From IMG/VR virus record IMGVR_UViG_3300009703_000005, positions 1 through 32,044 of that record: 32,044 nt of DNA. One strand, 5' to 3'. The translations under genes and the position numbers were made by a program. Below, one piece after another: positions 7,252 through 14,812 of the stretch. Under the pieces are notes generated by a model. It saw only the letters and a list, made by a program, of their open reading frames with translations. It was not told where the DNA came from and ran no database searches. The stretch's first letter is position 1. The number at the start of each line of letters is the position of its first letter. The DNA is from a virus.

Positions 7252-8259
7252 ATGGCACACATACACGAACACGAAATAATAGAAGCGCCCATCAATGGGG
7301 TTGTCGCACAGGAAGCGATAAGTACAAATCCGCTCGATATGAACCCGGAGCAGTTTAAGGCCGGATTAGCGCGACGAAAAGAAAACCGGAAAGCCTTGAT
7401 GGGTTGGGTTGGAAAAGCGCTGGTTGAAGATGTCGATTTTGGATCGATAACAATCAAGGGTCATAAATCTCGGCCATCCTTAATGAAACCGGGCGCGGAG
7501 AAGATTTGCGGGATGCTTGGGCTTACGCCAACATTCCCAACCCTTCGCGATTACGAGCAGATTATTTTAGAGGGCAAGCCAATTAAGTTGATTGTTATAA
7601 GGTGTGAAATGATGAGCGGAGCCGGGCAGAAGATCGCAGAGGGCGTTGGCGCGCGGGACGTGACTAAAGATTACGGCGATTTAAACAAGGCGCTTAAAAT
7701 GGCGCTTAAGTCGGCTCAAATTGACGCCACACTAAGGTGTGCGGGGTTGTCGGAGATATTTACACAAGATATCGAAGATATGGGCTTGGCGGATAAGAAT
7801 CAAGCGGTGGAAGATGAGATTCGCGTAAACGGCGGGAGCCGGGCAAAAGCGAAACCAAAACCAAAACCCGATCCTATGAGTGATGCTCAATTGAAGAAAA
7901 TATGGGCAGAAGCAAACATGTATTGGGGCAAAGATGAAGCGGACGGAGAGTTACACTTAGCGGTGCAGAAGAAATACGGCGTAACATCGGTGAAAAACCT
8001 ATCGAAATCGCAAGCAAGCGAAATAATCGAAGGGTTGTCTGCATCGAATAAGAAGAAACCGGACGTGGCGGCGGCGGTTTCAAATACGAGAGAGTTAATC
8101 GACATCACAGTATCGATGCTCGGATTAGGAAAAACCAACGCGGTTACACACTTAAATCACCGGGCTAAGTCTTTATTGGGTAAAAATACAATTGATGACA
8201 TAAACGCGGATGAAATTGCGAGGATATTTGCCGACGTAGAAAGGACGGCGAAACAATGA
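7252..8259 (+). CDS. Putative recombination / single-strand annealing protein (family not resolved)
   Basis: It sits directly after Gp157. Motifs: RPSLMKPGAEKICGMLGL and LNKALKMALKSAQIDATLRCAGLSEIFTQDIED. A KPKPKPKPDP linker is followed by a C-terminal domain with SDAQLKKIW...LSKSQASEIIEGL. Confidence 0.4.
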   Translation: MAHIHEHEIIEAPINGVVAQEAISTNPLDMNPEQFKAGLARRKENRKALMGWVGKALVEDVDFGSITIKGHKSRPSLMKPGAEKICGMLGLTPTFPTLRDYEQIILEGKPIKLIVIRCEMMSGAGQKIAEGVGARDVTKDYGDLNKALKMALKSAQIDATLRCAGLSEIFTQDIEDMGLADKNQAVEDEIRVNGGSRAKAKPKPKPDPMSDAQLKKIWAEANMYWGKDEADGELHLAVQKKYGVTSVKNLSKSQASEIIEGLSASNKKKPDVAAAVSNTRELIDITVSMLGLGKTNAVTHLNHRAKSLLGKNTIDDINADEIARIFADVERTAKQ

Positions 8260-8492
8260 GACAGAGTCAAAGCGCAGCGATATTAGAAGCCTTAAAGCGG
8301 GGTGATCAAATCACATCGTTGGAAGCTTTGGAGAAATTCGGATGTATGCGGCTCGCTTCTCGGATTTGCGATTTACGCCAAGACGGCCATCCGATATTTT
8401 CTAAGACAATAAAAAACAAGCAAAATGGCAAGCGATATAAAAAGTATTTCATGGTCGTAAACGCCGGTGAGCAGATAAGGGTCGGGGTATGA
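8256..8492 (+). CDS. Winged-helix DNA-binding protein (HTH_39-like)
   Basis: ILEALKRGDQITSLEALEKFGCMRLASRICDLRQDGHPI...NGKRYKKY. Confidence 0.6.
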   Translation: MRQSQSAAILEALKRGDQITSLEALEKFGCMRLASRICDLRQDGHPIFSKTIKNKQNGKRYKKYFMVVNAGEQIRVGV

Positions 8493-9436
8493 AAGGTTGG
8501 ATCGCTATTAGTAGAAAAATTAAAAAACATTGGATTTGGGATAATCCGACCTATTTAAAAGCATGGTTAGATATGCTAATGATGGCTAATTATAAGGATG
8601 AAAAAAAAACCTATAAAGATAAAATAATTATGATTAAAAGGGGTGAGTTTCCAACTTCGATCCGGGGTTTAGCTAAAAGATGGGGCAAAACACCCAATAC
8701 GGTAAATAAGCTATTAAATCTCTTAAAGTGTGACACAATGATTGATACACATACAAAGCATGGTTTCACGACGATAAAAATAATTAATTTTGAAAAATTT
8801 CAAACACCCACTGATACGATGAGTGACACGATGAGTGATACAATGAGTGACACTACTATAACAAATAAAACAAATAAACAAACACCCCCTATAATCCCCC
8901 ATCAGCCAAACGACACATTAAGCGCTCATCAAAATTCAAATGGGGGTGATTTGATTGAAAATAGTTTTGTTATTAAGTTTTACAAGCTGTGGATTCCAAA
9001 GGGTGAATTAATTAATCCGCCTACACCCATTGAACGAAAAGAAATTGTTGAACACGCCAAAGGTTACAACCCACGTATTGAATTTTGGACATCCTACTTG
9101 GAAGAACGCCAGGAGCGGATTAAGGCAAAGTTGTTTTATCATGTATCCATCAAGGTTTTTTGCGGGGGAGCTTTTAGAGATTATATGCCATCGATGCGTC
9201 GCGCTAAATCTCGGGGCGTGGCGGCCTTTTCGAGATATAAGTCGGGTCTATATAAGGCTTATTGCTCAAAGTGCCGACAAAGGCTAATGCCGAACGATTT
9301 TCAAGTTAAGCAATCAACGCCATGTTGCGGTGTAGAATTTGTCCCGGAAATCCCGGGAAAAGATAAACACAGCGATCCGGCAGCAGATAAGGTTGCGATG
9401 GATAAAATAAACGAAATGGGAGCGTCTTATGTTTGA
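8489..9436 (+). CDS. Phage replication initiator / replisome organiser-like protein with C-terminal Cys cluster
   Basis: The N-terminus GWIAISRKIKKHWIWDNPTYLKAWLDMLMMANYKD...IKRGEFPTSIRGLAKRWGKTPNTVNKLLNLLK is typical of phage replication proteins. The gene contains internal iterons. C-terminus: CSKCRQRL...PCCG. Confidence 0.6.
   Translation: MKGWIAISRKIKKHWIWDNPTYLKAWLDMLMMANYKDEKKTYKDKIIMIKRGEFPTSIRGLAKRWGKTPNTVNKLLNLLKCDTMIDTHTKHGFTTIKIINFEKFQTPTDTMSDTMSDTMSDTTITNKTNKQTPPIIPHQPNDTLSAHQNSNGGDLIENSFVIKFYKLWIPKGELINPPTPIERKEIVEHAKGYNPRIEFWTSYLEERQERIKAKLFYHVSIKVFCGGAFRDYMPSMRRAKSRGVAAFSRYKSGLYKAYCSKCRQRLMPNDFQVKQSTPCCGVEFVPEIPGKDKHSDPAADKVAMDKINEMGASYV
8816..8851 (+). repeat. Three tandem 12-bp repeats followed by an AT-rich tract; candidate replication origin iterons
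   Basis: ACGATGAGTGAC / ACGATGAGTGAT / ACAATGAGTGAC encode TMSDTMSDTMSD. They are followed at about 8854-8885 by ACTATAACAAATAAAACAAATAAACAAAC. Confidence 0.5.
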
Positions 9437-9560
9437 TCTTTTTAATTGGGTGTGGAATATGCTGGTGTTGGCGTTCGGGACGTTGGCTTTTAGCGGTGGT
9501 TTGTTTTTCATTACAATCATTTACTTCATTTGGCGCGATATATTAGGAGATGCAAGATGA
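9429..9560 (+). CDS. 43-aa small membrane protein (not in the ORF track)
   Basis: My translation is MFDLFNWVWNMLVLAFGTLAFSGGLFFITIIYFIWRDILGDAR. It overlaps the upstream stop, and its own stop overlaps the next ATG (ATGA). Confidence 0.35.
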   Translation: MFDLFNWVWNMLVLAFGTLAFSGGLFFITIIYFIWRDILGDAR

Positions 9561-9742
9561 CGCTGGATGAAATATATAAAATGAAATATGCAGACATAAT
9601 CACCTTATTGCCGGAAGGGTGGAAATATAGAGTTGTCGGGCGGGGTAATGATATCACTTACTTACAAAACACATCACCGTTAAGGCGCGGTGATTTACAG
9701 AAAGTTAAAAAAGTGGAATTATTGATAAGGGGGCGCGTATGA
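9557..9742 (+). CDS. Hypothetical protein
   Basis: The ATG at 9557 is preceded by AGGAG. There is an ATGA overlap with the next gene. Confidence 0.5.
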   Translation: MTLDEIYKMKYADIITLLPEGWKYRVVGRGNDITYLQNTSPLRRGDLQKVKKVELLIRGRV

Positions 9743-10251
9743 AAGAAGCGCAAGTGCAAAAGGGCATCATGCAGTTTTTAGGTTATCACCCGAGGGTCGT
9801 TCCTATGTTTTGGCGCAATAATACCGGCGCAATTACGATCCCAAATAAGAACGTTGCTTATAAGAGTCGGTTCATCCGATTTGGTAAAGTCGGCTCGGCG
9901 GATATTCTTGGAATTTTATGGAATGGACGCATGTTGGCCATCGAAGTAAAAGCGGGCAAAAATAAGACCACGAAACGTCAGCAGGCGTTTATTGATAATA
10001 TTAATACTGCCGGCGGTCTTGGCTTTGTGGCTCGGTCGATCGATGATGTAGATGAAGTCTTAAGAATAGAGCGAAAGAAAATGAAAAATTCGATAATGCG
10101 CAATCCAAACCCAATCGGCGGGGATTTATCAGAAGAAGAATGCCCAGCTTGCGGAGAGATATTGGAATATTGCGAATATGCCAATCCAAGAATACCGGAC
10201 GATTCGATATTAGGGCTTCGGTGTAATTGTGGGTATGAAAGCGAGGATTAA
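9739..10251 (+). CDS. VRR-NUC domain nuclease with C-terminal zinc ribbon
   Basis: FGKVGSADILGILWNGRMLAIEVKAGKNKTTKRQQAFIDNINTAGGLGFVARSIDDV is a PD-(D/E)xK VRR-NUC pattern. C-terminus: CPACGE...CNCG. Confidence 0.75.
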   Translation: MKEAQVQKGIMQFLGYHPRVVPMFWRNNTGAITIPNKNVAYKSRFIRFGKVGSADILGILWNGRMLAIEVKAGKNKTTKRQQAFIDNINTAGGLGFVARSIDDVDEVLRIERKKMKNSIMRNPNPIGGDLSEEECPACGEILEYCEYANPRIPDDSILGLRCNCGYESED

Positions 10252-10252
10252 T

Positions 10253-10483
10253 ATGAAAAAGATGGCATTAAAAAAGCGTGATTATGAAATATTGGCATTA
10301 AATACTCAGAAAGCGATTGTAGAAATAAAGCGAATGGGTGACGAGAACGTCCAAATGAAAGGCGAATTGGATAAACTCGACCGATTATTTACAAAAATAA
10401 ACCAGCGGTTGATGTCTGCTTATTCGCGAAGATATGGGCTCGATAATTCGATACGCTTATTCAGATTTAAAAGAGATAGATAA
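10253..10483 (+). CDS. Hypothetical coiled-coil protein
   Basis: The ATG at 10253 follows a GAGGA RBS. The 76-aa product is charged. Confidence 0.45.
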   Translation: MKKMALKKRDYEILALNTQKAIVEIKRMGDENVQMKGELDKLDRLFTKINQRLMSAYSRRYGLDNSIRLFRFKRDR

Positions 10484-10495
10484 AGGCGAAATAAA

Positions 10496-10762
10496 ATGAA
10501 TGACAAGAAATACATAAATCAATGCAGCTTAAAAGAAAAAACGTTTGACAATGGCGGGTCGGTAATCAACGCCGCGTTTAATGTTTCGGAATTAGAGCAA
10601 CACCAAAACGAGGGCGGCTGGGTTAATATAGTAATAGCCAAGCGGCGGGAGCCATCGGAAAAAGGCGCGACACATTACGCTTACGTCAGTGACTTTAAAC
10701 CAAAATACAAAACAGAAGAATCAAGCGAAGAGCCGGTTCATGATGACAATTTACCTTTCTAA
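10496..10762 (+). CDS. Small protein ending in an SSB-like acidic tip (DDNLPF); possible minimal SSB or SSB-tail mimic
   Basis: C-terminus EESSEEPVHDDNLPF, compared with the bacterial SSB tip DDDIPF. At 88 aa it is shorter than a canonical OB-fold SSB. Confidence 0.4.
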   Translation: MNDKKYINQCSLKEKTFDNGGSVINAAFNVSELEQHQNEGGWVNIVIAKRREPSEKGATHYAYVSDFKPKYKTEESSEEPVHDDNLPF

Positions 10763-10877
10763 ATCATACTGCGATCTCTGCGAAAAGGAGAAAGAAGCTA
10801 AAAAAGAGCCCGACGGCCTTTGGGTTTGCCGGGAATGCGGAAAGAAATATCCAATAAAACCAAACGAGGGAAATTAA
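10740..10877 (+). CDS. Small zinc-ribbon protein
   Basis: MMTIYLSKSYCDLCEKE...WVCRECGKKYP has two CxxC pairs. I chose the internal ATG at 10740. Confidence 0.4.
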   Translation: MMTIYLSKSYCDLCEKEKEAKKEPDGLWVCRECGKKYPIKPNEGN

Positions 10878-10878
10878 A

Positions 10879-11091
10879 GTGGCCACATACCAAAAGTTAA
10901 AAACAGCCTTTCAAGGGACACCATACACAGATGAAATCACAATCCGGATTGATGGGAAATACCGAAGATTTACACAAAATGACCCTGTAGAGTTAGCGCG
11001 GAAAGAATACGATCAAATTCCGAAAGAATGGTTACAGTTTTTTACAAAAGAAGTTGTAAATAAAGAAGCGATCTCGGGGATCGAAGAATGA
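10879..11091 (+). CDS. Hypothetical protein (GTG start)
   Basis: 70-aa ORF in the operon with tight spacing and an ATGA overlap with the next gene. Confidence 0.45.
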   Translation: MATYQKLKTAFQGTPYTDEITIRIDGKYRRFTQNDPVELARKEYDQIPKEWLQFFTKEVVNKEAISGIEE

Positions 11092-11261
11092 AATGCCCCC
11101 AATGCAAAACAAAAGACAATCGCGTATTGGAAACGCGAAAATATGCAAGCTTTATTCATCGTAGAAGGATGTGCAAGACAGGGCATACATTTATCACGAT
11201 AGAAAAATTAACATTAAATAAAGAAGAAGAATCGAATGACAAGCGTTTATCGAAAACTTGA
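11088..11261 (+). CDS. 57-aa Ogr/NrdR-like zinc-ribbon protein; candidate late-gene activator (not in the ORF track)
   Basis: My translation is MKCPQCKTKDNRVLETRKYASFIHRRRMCKTGHTFITIEKL.... The spacing is C-x2-C-x22-C-x3-H, and the RRRxC...F.T.E pattern is shared with the NrdR zinc ribbon. It is the last early gene before the morphogenesis genes. Confidence 0.45.
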   Translation: MKCPQCKTKDNRVLETRKYASFIHRRRMCKTGHTFITIEKLTLNKEEESNDKRLSKT

Positions 11262-12573
11262 AGCTGAGTTAACCGGATTGCTGGTTGATTTCGGTATCTT
11301 GAAAGCCGATAAATATGACAAACTTTCGGATACATTAAAGGATATATTGTTTGATGAATGGAACGCACATCAAAAAGAAGCGGTTAATGATTTAATTCGT
11401 CGTATAAATGCAGGCGATGGGAAACTGACGGCGGATGAATTGGACGCTTCGCTTTTGGAATTAGGAGAAACCCTGGGGCGATCGGTGGGTGAAGCCGTTC
11501 GAAGTGAAGCGAAGAAAGTAATTACACATTCATACGGAACCGGACAAGAACAAATTTTAGGCATATTACCGTCTTATAATGTTGTTGATTTAGATGCGAT
11601 AAAATGGCTTGGAAAGGATACCGTTTATTGGATAGGCTCCTATTATGATAAACACGTTCGAACAAACATACAAACATCTGCAACGGAAGCTATACGTGAA
11701 GGTGTGGGGCGAGAAGAAGCCGGGGCTATATTTAAAAAGAAATTTAAGGAAGAATTAGGACGAAGTAATCGGTATTTTGAAGGATTGGCAAACCATGTGA
11801 TTACACGGAGTCGTGAATTTGGGAACGTTGAAGGTTATGTAAAAGCGGGCATTAAAAAATTACGTGTAAAAGCTATCATGGACAATCGAACCAGTGATAT
11901 TTGTAAACAAATGAACGGACGTATTATTACGGTCAACAAGGCGGTAAAATTACGAGACGGACTCATGTCTGCAAAGAAGCCAGAAGATGTAAAAGACATT
12001 GCACCCTGGATGAAACCAAGCGAGATAAAAGGGAAACGAACGAGTCAACTACCGGTGGGGATGAGTCTTCCGCCGTATCATTTCAGTTGTAGAACTCGGA
12101 CGGTGGCTGTTTTTAATGATGATCCCGTTGCAGATAAAATGGAAATGGGCGAGAATGTTAAAAAAGCCGATAAAAAAGCATTAAATTCTTATACGCCGGA
12201 AGAATATGGAAATATTATTGGTGATATTGGGCGAAAAAAACATTACGGGTGGCGGGATAAGGATTTACGGGATGATTTACGGAAGGTTGAACTAAATAAA
12301 CATATTGGCGAATTTCCGGGCGAAATGTCAGGAAAAGATTATCGAGAATATCCCGGTGAAATTATTAAAACAGCAAAATACATTAACGCAAGGGTTTATA
12401 AAGAAGAAATCCAGCTTACGTTTTATTCCACCGCTAAAAAGGGGTTTGTAGTAACGGATTTATCCGGCACAATCCGGGGTTTGTATGGACATAAGAAAAG
12501 AAACGCCACACAGAATGCATTTGAAAATATAAAAGAGAGAGAATTATGGCTGAAACAGAACGGGAATCATTAG
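11236..12573 (+). CDS. Head morphogenesis protein, SPP1 gp7 / Mu F family, with a C-terminal extension of about 150 aa
   Basis: MuF motifs DNRTSDICKQMNGRI and LPPYHFSCRTRTVAVF are present. Residues from about 300 to 445 form an extra domain. Confidence 0.85.
   Translation: MTSVYRKLEAELTGLLVDFGILKADKYDKLSDTLKDILFDEWNAHQKEAVNDLIRRINAGDGKLTADELDASLLELGETLGRSVGEAVRSEAKKVITHSYGTGQEQILGILPSYNVVDLDAIKWLGKDTVYWIGSYYDKHVRTNIQTSATEAIREGVGREEAGAIFKKKFKEELGRSNRYFEGLANHVITRSREFGNVEGYVKAGIKKLRVKAIMDNRTSDICKQMNGRIITVNKAVKLRDGLMSAKKPEDVKDIAPWMKPSEIKGKRTSQLPVGMSLPPYHFSCRTRTVAVFNDDPVADKMEMGENVKKADKKALNSYTPEEYGNIIGDIGRKKHYGWRDKDLRDDLRKVELNKHIGEFPGEMSGKDYREYPGEIIKTAKYINARVYKEEIQLTFYSTAKKGFVVTDLSGTIRGLYGHKKRNATQNAFENIKERELWLKQNGNH
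12544..12560 (+). repeat. 17-bp direct repeat, copy 1 (TTATGGCTGAAACAGAA)
   Basis: Identical to 13148-13164. It contains the ATG of ORF 12546. Confidence 0.8.
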
Positions 12574-12824
12574 AGCGTTACGCTTGGATAATTGAAGACT
12601 GGACGCCGGAACGGCTCGATATCGAGTTGGCTTCTGCATTTTTGAACCTGTCCGATTTGGATAAAAATAGAAATCTCGATTTATGGGAAAAAATACGGGA
12701 TGCGCTAATCGGGAACCCCCATCTAAAAGACCGTGAAATGAAGAGATATTTAACATTTCAAGATTTGGCAGATGATGAAGGCTGTTGGTGGTGTGACCCT
12801 AAACAATGGAAAAAGAAAAAATGA
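12546..12824 (+). CDS. Hypothetical Trp-rich protein overlapping the MuF stop
   Basis: 92 aa, MAETERESLERYAWIIEDW...CWWCDPKQWKKKK. It overlaps the end of MuF by 28 nt. Confidence 0.5.
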   Translation: MAETERESLERYAWIIEDWTPERLDIELASAFLNLSDLDKNRNLDLWEKIRDALIGNPHLKDREMKRYLTFQDLADDEGCWWCDPKQWKKKK

Positions 12825-12837
12825 ATGCTTGAGTATT

Positions 12838-13146
12838 ATGGCTAAGGTAAAAAGTAAAAACAGGGAAGAACTTTTGGCTGTAATTCAAGATGTAAAAGAC
12901 TACCTTGATGATGGGATCGGAGTAACTCAATACAGTATTTCAATCGGAATGCTTGAGTATTATGATATTTACACCAACCACGACATTTGGGCTGAGCTGA
13001 GAGACTGGTTATCCGATAACAAATGGTTAGGGGAAGGAGATTATTACCACTTATTCAAAGTTGACCAGAAAAAATACCCCAAGGATTATTGGTGGCTGTA
13101 TAAGAAGAACTGGCGGAAAGATTTTAAATTGCCAGACGAAGATTGA
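12838..13146 (+). CDS. Hypothetical Trp/Tyr-rich protein
   Basis: MAKVKSKNREELLAV...DIWAELRDWLSDNKWLGEGDYYHLF...KDYWWLYKKNW. I chose the internal ATG at 12838. Confidence 0.5.
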   Translation: MAKVKSKNREELLAVIQDVKDYLDDGIGVTQYSISIGMLEYYDIYTNHDIWAELRDWLSDNKWLGEGDYYHLFKVDQKKYPKDYWWLYKKNWRKDFKLPDED

Positions 13147-13147
13147 C

Positions 13148-13164
13148 TTATGGCTGAAACAGAA
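13148..13164 (+). repeat. 17-bp direct repeat, copy 2; starts a 7-codon uORF (MAETEKQ) whose stop overlaps the GTG start of the DUF2513 gene
   Basis: ATGGCTGAAACAGAAAAACAGTGA spans 13150-13173. The GTG at 13170 overlaps the TGA. Confidence 0.7.
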
Positions 13165-13169
13165 AAACA

Positions 13170-13526
13170 GTGAAGCGTAATATTGATTTAATCCGTGAGC
13201 TTTTATTCATCACAGAAAAGAGCCATAGATCCGTAGCGGTATGGACTATAAAAATTAAAGGTATTTCCGCAGAAACAATTGACTATCATGCTTATTTACT
13301 TCAAGACGGCGGATACATTAAAGCGGATATCGAACAGCTTGAAGATGACACATTTGACACAGTTCTTATCCATAGTCTGACATGGAGCGGACACGAACTT
13401 TTAGACAGTATCCGCAAAGATCAGATTTGGGAAAAAGTTAAAAATAGAATTGCCGAAAAGACGGAAAGTGTTCCGTTTGATATTCTCAAACAGATAGCGA
13501 TGGAATATATCGAAGCGTTGATTTGA
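13170..13526 (+). CDS. DUF2513-family protein
   Basis: IDLIRELLFITEK...IDYHAYLLQDGGYIKA...LTWSGHELLDSIRKDQIWEKVK matches the DUF2513 pattern. Confidence 0.6.
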   Translation: MKRNIDLIRELLFITEKSHRSVAVWTIKIKGISAETIDYHAYLLQDGGYIKADIEQLEDDTFDTVLIHSLTWSGHELLDSIRKDQIWEKVKNRIAEKTESVPFDILKQIAMEYIEALI

Positions 13527-13609
13527 ATTGGTATTGTAACTAAGTAAGTTTATAGGTATGGAAAAATTAGGCGTTTTACTTGATACGAGTTTCTTTTGGT
13601 GTCCTTGAT

Positions 13610-14812
13610 TTATAATACAGAAATATCGTCAATTACGAGACCTTCTTCTTTCCCGGAATAGAGCGCCAAAGCCAGCGCCCAAAAGCGGTCTGAGTGGCCT
13701 TTATCCGTTCGGACAGAATCAAAACGAATATTCCCAGCGGATGTAACTGATTTTTTAATGGAGTGGATATCGGAAATGATATCTCGGTCGTTTGGGATTT
13801 GGACGTTTTTCTGTTCGAAGAGTTTACGCGCTGTTGTAACCAGTTCTTCTTTAATCTTATTTGTAAATGGCACAGGCTCCATGAAATGAAAGCGCCGGTG
13901 TAAATCTTCCGCCAGCTGGTTCCCGATACCGGAAGCGTCAATCGACCCGCGTGTAATTCCGGTTTCTAATATAATCTGCGTGATCACTTCCATTTGGGTT
14001 TGGTATTCTTCCGCCTTTAGAATTTCCATTTGACGCGTGAAGTATTTATCTCCCGCTTTAGATACGACGTAAATCACCGTTAAATCGTGATGCCGGCCAA
14101 TATCAACACCCATAAAAGTCTCGCCGTCCGGAATCCTGTCTCCGGTGCAATCCCGGATTAAGGTATAAGGAAAATAAGACGAAGTTTCGTCTATAAATTC
14201 ACAAAGGTATTCTTGCCGGAATGTTTCTTCATCGGTGTTTCGTTTAATTATATCAATATCAGCATCAAATCCTTGTTTTTTTGCTTGGTAAATGGTCGTT
14301 TGATGCCGAGAGAAGTCGGGGTATTTATTCATATTAGACCAAATATCGTGAAATAAATCTGATTGCCCTAAAGGTGTTGAAATAATTGTAATATTATACC
14401 CTCGTGTGATCGATGGAAATAAGGCCTTGTAAATCTCTGCCTGGTCTTTATGCAATGCAAATTCATCCAGGTAAACGTCCCCATGAAACCCGCGGACGGT
14501 TTTTGGGTTTGATGGTAAAGTATGGATTCGGCCACCGTTATTAAAGCCGATAACCGATTTAGATTCTTCTGATAAAGAAATACTTGGATCGAGTTTTTTA
14601 AAACAATCTATCCATTGGAAGCATATTCGATTTAGTTCAGTGGATTGCCTTAAAGAAGCGGATGCGAACAGGACATTTGAGCCGTTTAAATAGGCATTTT
14701 TGACAGCGAGATAAGCAATAAAAAATGATATCCCTATTTGCCGAGACTTATTATATATTTTTAACCGTGAATTATTATCGGCAAAATGAGTTTGGTAATC
14801 GTAAAATTTCAA
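13610..14812 (-). CDS. Terminase large subunit
   Basis: Walker A-like NKSRQIGISF, Walker B DVYLDEFA and coupling motif IISTP. Nuclease motifs GVDIGRHHD, IDASGIGN and HSDRFWALALA. Confidence 0.85.
   Translation of the reverse strand: MKFYDYQTHFADNNSRLKIYNKSRQIGISFFIAYLAVKNAYLNGSNVLFASASLRQSTELNRICFQWIDCFKKLDPSISLSEESKSVIGFNNGGRIHTLPSNPKTVRGFHGDVYLDEFALHKDQAEIYKALFPSITRGYNITIISTPLGQSDLFHDIWSNMNKYPDFSRHQTTIYQAKKQGFDADIDIIKRNTDEETFRQEYLCEFIDETSSYFPYTLIRDCTGDRIPDGETFMGVDIGRHHDLTVIYVVSKAGDKYFTRQMEILKAEEYQTQMEVITQIILETGITRGSIDASGIGNQLAEDLHRRFHFMEPVPFTNKIKEELVTTARKLFEQKNVQIPNDRDIISDIHSIKKSVTSAGNIRFDSVRTDKGHSDRFWALALALYSGKEEGLVIDDISVL

Noticed and set aside
8601-8612. Homopolymer A9 inside the replication gene (also A9 at 26064-26072 and A8 at 31133-31140) as phase-variation switches
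   Set aside because: Such runs are common in AT-rich Lys codons (AAA AAA). Nothing in the sequence supports regulated slippage. I note them only as potential sequencing-error hotspots.
8816-8851. The tandem repeat as a CRISPR array or a generic microsatellite
   Set aside because: It consists of only three 12-bp units with no spacers, in frame inside a CDS. The iteron/linker interpretation fits better.
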